Origin: Adineta vaga
Lineage: Eukaryota; Animalia; Rotifera
Assembly (NCBI GenBank): GCA_021613535.1
Contig: CP075496.1
Span: 2,046,001 to 2,110,000, forward strand
DNA: 64,000 nt
Direction of reading: 5' to 3'
Shown: positions 61,101 through 64,000 of the stretch, in pieces
How the letters are laid out: each line of letters opens with the position of its first letter
Position numbering within the stretch: the stretch's first letter is position 1
The notes under the pieces: model-generated
Told to the model about the DNA's origin: nothing
The model's input: the letters and a program-made list of their open reading frames with translations, nothing else
Databases searched by the model: none
Translations under genes and position numbers: made by a program

Positions 61101-64000
61101 TCAATTCCATTGATACTGATGATTATGAATTAACGGCAGGTGTATATGAACAGAAATGTTTGTATTTTCTTGATTATCCAATCTTTAATAAATTAAAACA
61201 AGAACTTCTTTCTCGAATGACTTTTTTTGTTGACGGACAAAGACCTAATTGTCCAACATGGCTTGATGGTGATACATTTCGTCAAACACTTGCGCATCTT
61301 GCTAATGTACCAATTCGTGTTCGACCATGGTTTGAACCTGGTCCATGGGGTGGCCAATGGTTGAAAACTGTCTGTACAAATCTTTCTCAATTTCCTAAGA
61401 ATTATGCGTGGTCATTTGAAATGATTACACCAGAAAATGGAATTATTCTATCGGATAGAAATCACCATTTGATTGAATTTTCTTGGGATTTATTTTATGG
61501 TTCACAGTCCAATCGAGTTCTTGGAAATGATATGCATTGTCGATTATTTAATGGTGCCAATGATTTTCCAATTCGTTTTGATTTTCTCGATACAATCGAT
61601 GGAGGAAATTTATCCATTCAATGTCATCCAAATTTACAATATATTCGAGAAAATTTCGGAGAAAAAATTACCCAAGATGAAACATATTATATCATCGAAA
61701 CTAAACAACATTGGAAGGAAGAATATGAAAATGATGACAATTCATCTGCTTGTGTTTATCTCGGTTTTCACGAGAATGTTAATCCTGAAGAATTTCATCA
61801 AGCATTACTTCATAGTCGTCAACAAACACAAGAATTTCAAGTAGAAAAGTATATTCAATGTCTTCCATCGAAATTACATGATTTTTTTCTTATTCCAAAT
61901 GAAACAATTCATGCATCCGGACGGAATCAAGTCGTTTTAGAAATATCTGCAACACCTTATACATATACATTTAAATTATACGATTGGTTAAGATTAGGTT
62001 TAGATGGACGTCCTCGTCCATTGAATATTGAACATGGAATGAAAAATTTGAAATTCGATCGACGTGGTGAACAACTTCGTTGTCAACCGAAAACGATTAA
62101 ATCTGAAATTGATCAATATAAGGAAGAACATCTCCCAACACATGATTTACATTTCTATGATGTTCATCGTTTAATCATTGAACCAAATGAATCAATTGAA
62201 ATTCTTCGTCAAACAGAAAATCGTTTTCATTTATGTATGTTAGTTGAAGGTGATGCTATTGAAATTGAATTCAATTCCATTGATAATCAACAACAAAAAC
62301 AAATTCAACAATATAATTATATCGAAACATTCCTTATTCCAGCATCAATACAAGAATATCGTCTGCGACCAATTATTAAGCAACAACAAAAGACAGCTCG
62401 AAAATTTGTTTTGATTATTGCTTTTCTCAAATGGGATTGTGAAAAATTACTCGACTAAGACTTACTTTGGAGGAGGACGATGTGGAAGTGTTAACATTGC
62501 AGCTGATTGAACACGACGTATTGGTGTTTGTTCATTATCTAAATATTTCAATAGGAAATCTTTGTTTTTTGTTTATGTATTTCTTTTCACTTCTTATACC
62601 AATATCAGGTTGTTTAACAAGTTGAGTATCTGATACACATCGTTCATTATCAGTATCTTGTGCAAATCGAACTGTTTTCTTCTAAAAAAAATAATTTTTT
62701 TATGAATTATTTGAAAAACGAAATTATTCATACTTGTATTTCCATATCTTTCAATAATTTTGTATTGATTACTTCCAAACTATCTTTCACACGAGCTTTT
62801 TCACCAATAGTTCGTGTTTGTGGTGCACTTCCTTTTCTCATCGGAACTATTGGTTTATTATTTGATAGATTACTTTCAATCGAAGGCGATCGTTTAAGAA
62901 TACTCTTTTGTTTTTTATTCGTTTCACTTTCATTTCCATCGAGTGAGGTAGGTTTTTGCATAATATTTGATTTTCCATTTGTTTTACCTGCACCTAACCA
63001 TGCTGCTACTTGTTCATCACCAGTAACAGGAGTATTTTTAACAAAGAAACTTTCATGATAACTTCGACGTAATAATTCTTGTTGCTCATCGATGGTTTTC
63101 GTATCAAATGCTGAAGTATTCAGAGGTTTTTTTTGTGGAATATTTACAATAGGAGTTGGTCGGACAATGGGTCCACTGATTTTCTGTGGCTGATAACGGT
63201 TTGCTTCTTCCAAACTATCAATACTTTCACGATCCCATGTATTTGTTTCATCATATTGTTGTTGTTGTGATGATGAAGTGTAGATTGAACTTGAGCAGCG
63301 AAATCATTTAGTACCTGACGTTGAACTTCTTGTAAAGGTGAAGTATATTGAACGGGATTGATATATTGTGGCACTTGAACGACAGAATTAGTTCGTGCTA
63401 AAACGGAAGGATTTCTTGGATCAGATTTGTATGGATTATAAATCGGTTGTTGTGATCCTAATTCTTCCATTGATATCGATCGACGAAAAGTTATATTTGC
63501 TCTTGGTCGCTGTTGTAGATTCGTAGGTGGTCGTCTTGGTGTAGATCGATTCGATAGTTGACGTCCTGTGATTGTTTCAATTGCTCGATCGAATTTTTCG
63601 GGATCTTTAAATAATAACATAACGTTTTTATTGATCAAATTTAGTAAGAATAAAACGTTTCATTTACCCATTACAGTAAATCCTGGAAGATTTCGTTGAA
63701 ATCGCATTGTTGCTTGTACGGTTGCTGCTTTCCGTTGTGCTAAAATTGCCTGACGTTTTCGTTCGATGGCATCATTAGCTTCTTGTTCACGTTTCTTATA
63801 TGATCTAAAACAAATTTAATAATTCACTTTGAAACGGAAGATATTTTATATACATACTTGCATCGCTCAGCTGTTTCTTTCATAATTTCTCGTTCACGAA
63901 CAATTCGTAATGAACGTTCTTGAAGAAATTCTTGTCGCCAACTTTCAAATTGTTCATCTTGATCACTAAAATATACAATAAAAATCGAGTCTTACGAATA
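58164..64000 (-). CDS. CEP126/KIAA1377-like protein (5' end outside window), host of the nested gene
   Basis: Exons from >63970 down to 62466 splice in phase across intron 62465-58979 to exons ending RIPK* (58166-58164). ILAQRK..ATMRFQR, KSILKR and VKDSLE resemble CEP126 motifs as recalled. The gene structure is more certain than the identity. Confidence 0.55.
59162..62458 (+). CDS. Intronless ROK-family sugar kinase fused to a class I mannose-6-phosphate isomerase-like domain (probable bacterial HGT)
   Basis: 1098 aa. ROK motifs IGLDIGGT, GIPGPMDY, NDATCFAVGE, LTLGTGFGS, IIGGGIA. PMI/cupin motifs PWFEPGPWGGQW, FPIRFDFLDT..NLSIQCHP, QDETYY, TIHASG, LEISATPY, FKLYDWLR. Confidence 0.92.
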   Translation: MSSFVIGLDIGGTHITATLVRIENRNVTIERDVFYTRSIEPTIDKDPRSIISTWIACIEELIHDYVNKYQENQPIIGIACGIPGPMDYERGISYIQSTQLNKCEKFFGLNLRYALEDGLRDLISRWKRIYNPKYFTPPTSPRSSLFGQEKQVTLEKSLHMKRVTEILSTTNPTSFHYKDLQLENLDSESSVKEITNFCGLQDKDTEDVQTETSFPEKEIDLSTKLNITENLTPKIWTMIKQLAEIPITFYNDATCFAVGEAHKHQNKDYKRILALTLGTGFGSTFIDENEIILHRNDVPPGGMLWNYPYDEHSIADDWFSTRGLMNIYEKILHNESMENANQVKIRFQMDSFDGRTLAEQALNGDENAKKAFETFARLLGEFLIPHVKKFQTDIIIIGGGIAHAYQLIKDELMKIMEKSVMIPVYFSLSHEKSICLGAAYQQIPILFQSTPKIFRQTHQNLLPVIKTLDINQYDIYPCHEIPIGSIGIGHKQFHEKLFRLIEENQILLIDGFVGTNFDEFACELNKSYHYQSKDKNLPSLVFYDTRTFLQTHSDQKRNFYLKSSKSIFGKLAIDLNFKDDFVDENKLIYLQKNLSYPCIIIGPGASFVHETGPLIYIDLPKNELYYRLAAQTACSYLKPQRQDIPVINSIDTDDYELTAGVYEQKCLYFLDYPIFNKLKQELLSRMTFFVDGQRPNCPTWLDGDTFRQTLAHLANVPIRVRPWFEPGPWGGQWLKTVCTNLSQFPKNYAWSFEMITPENGIILSDRNHHLIEFSWDLFYGSQSNRVLGNDMHCRLFNGANDFPIRFDFLDTIDGGNLSIQCHPNLQYIRENFGEKITQDETYYIIETKQHWKEEYENDDNSSACVYLGFHENVNPEEFHQALLHSRQQTQEFQVEKYIQCLPSKLHDFFLIPNETIHASGRNQVVLEISATPYTYTFKLYDWLRLGLDGRPRPLNIEHGMKNLKFDRRGEQLRCQPKTIKSEIDQYKEEHLPTHDLHFYDVHRLIIEPNESIEILRQTENRFHLCMLVEGDAIEIEFNSIDNQQQKQIQQYNYIETFLIPASIQEYRLRPIIKQQQKTARKFVLIIAFLKWDCEKLLD

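Overview
Gene-dense, AT-rich eukaryotic DNA with many very short GT-AG introns (about 42-70 nt). This layout, an orphan GPCR of a rotifer-expanded type and an intronless bacterial-type gene suggest a bdelloid rotifer (Adineta/Rotaria-like); this assignment is an inference. About 21 protein-coding genes were reconstructed by eye: RASEF/CRACR2A-like Rab (partial), ACE-like peptidase, an orphan helical protein, Tctex1-domain protein, nAChR alpha, Dlg, orphan GPCR, HAUS3, proprotein convertase, NME5, a frameshifted BLVRB-like reductase, a FET-family RRM protein, pancreatic-type lipase, catalase, bHLH-PAS factor, Roadblock, Scribble, CEP162-like, CEP126-like (partial) and a ROK kinase-phosphomannose isomerase fusion. 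Two observations stand out. (1) The Scribble intron that splits PDZ4 contains an in-frame 375-codon alternative terminal exon ending in a hydrophobic tail. It is bracketed by a 24-bp long-range RNA duplex (18 perfect pairs; the three DNA mismatches are all G-U on the transcribed strand) that could loop it out. (2) An intronless bacterial-type ROK-PMI fusion gene fills about 95% of an intron of the CEP126-like gene on the opposite strand. No rRNA, tRNA, CRISPR array or recognisable transposase was found. Exon boundaries are manual and no database searches were run.
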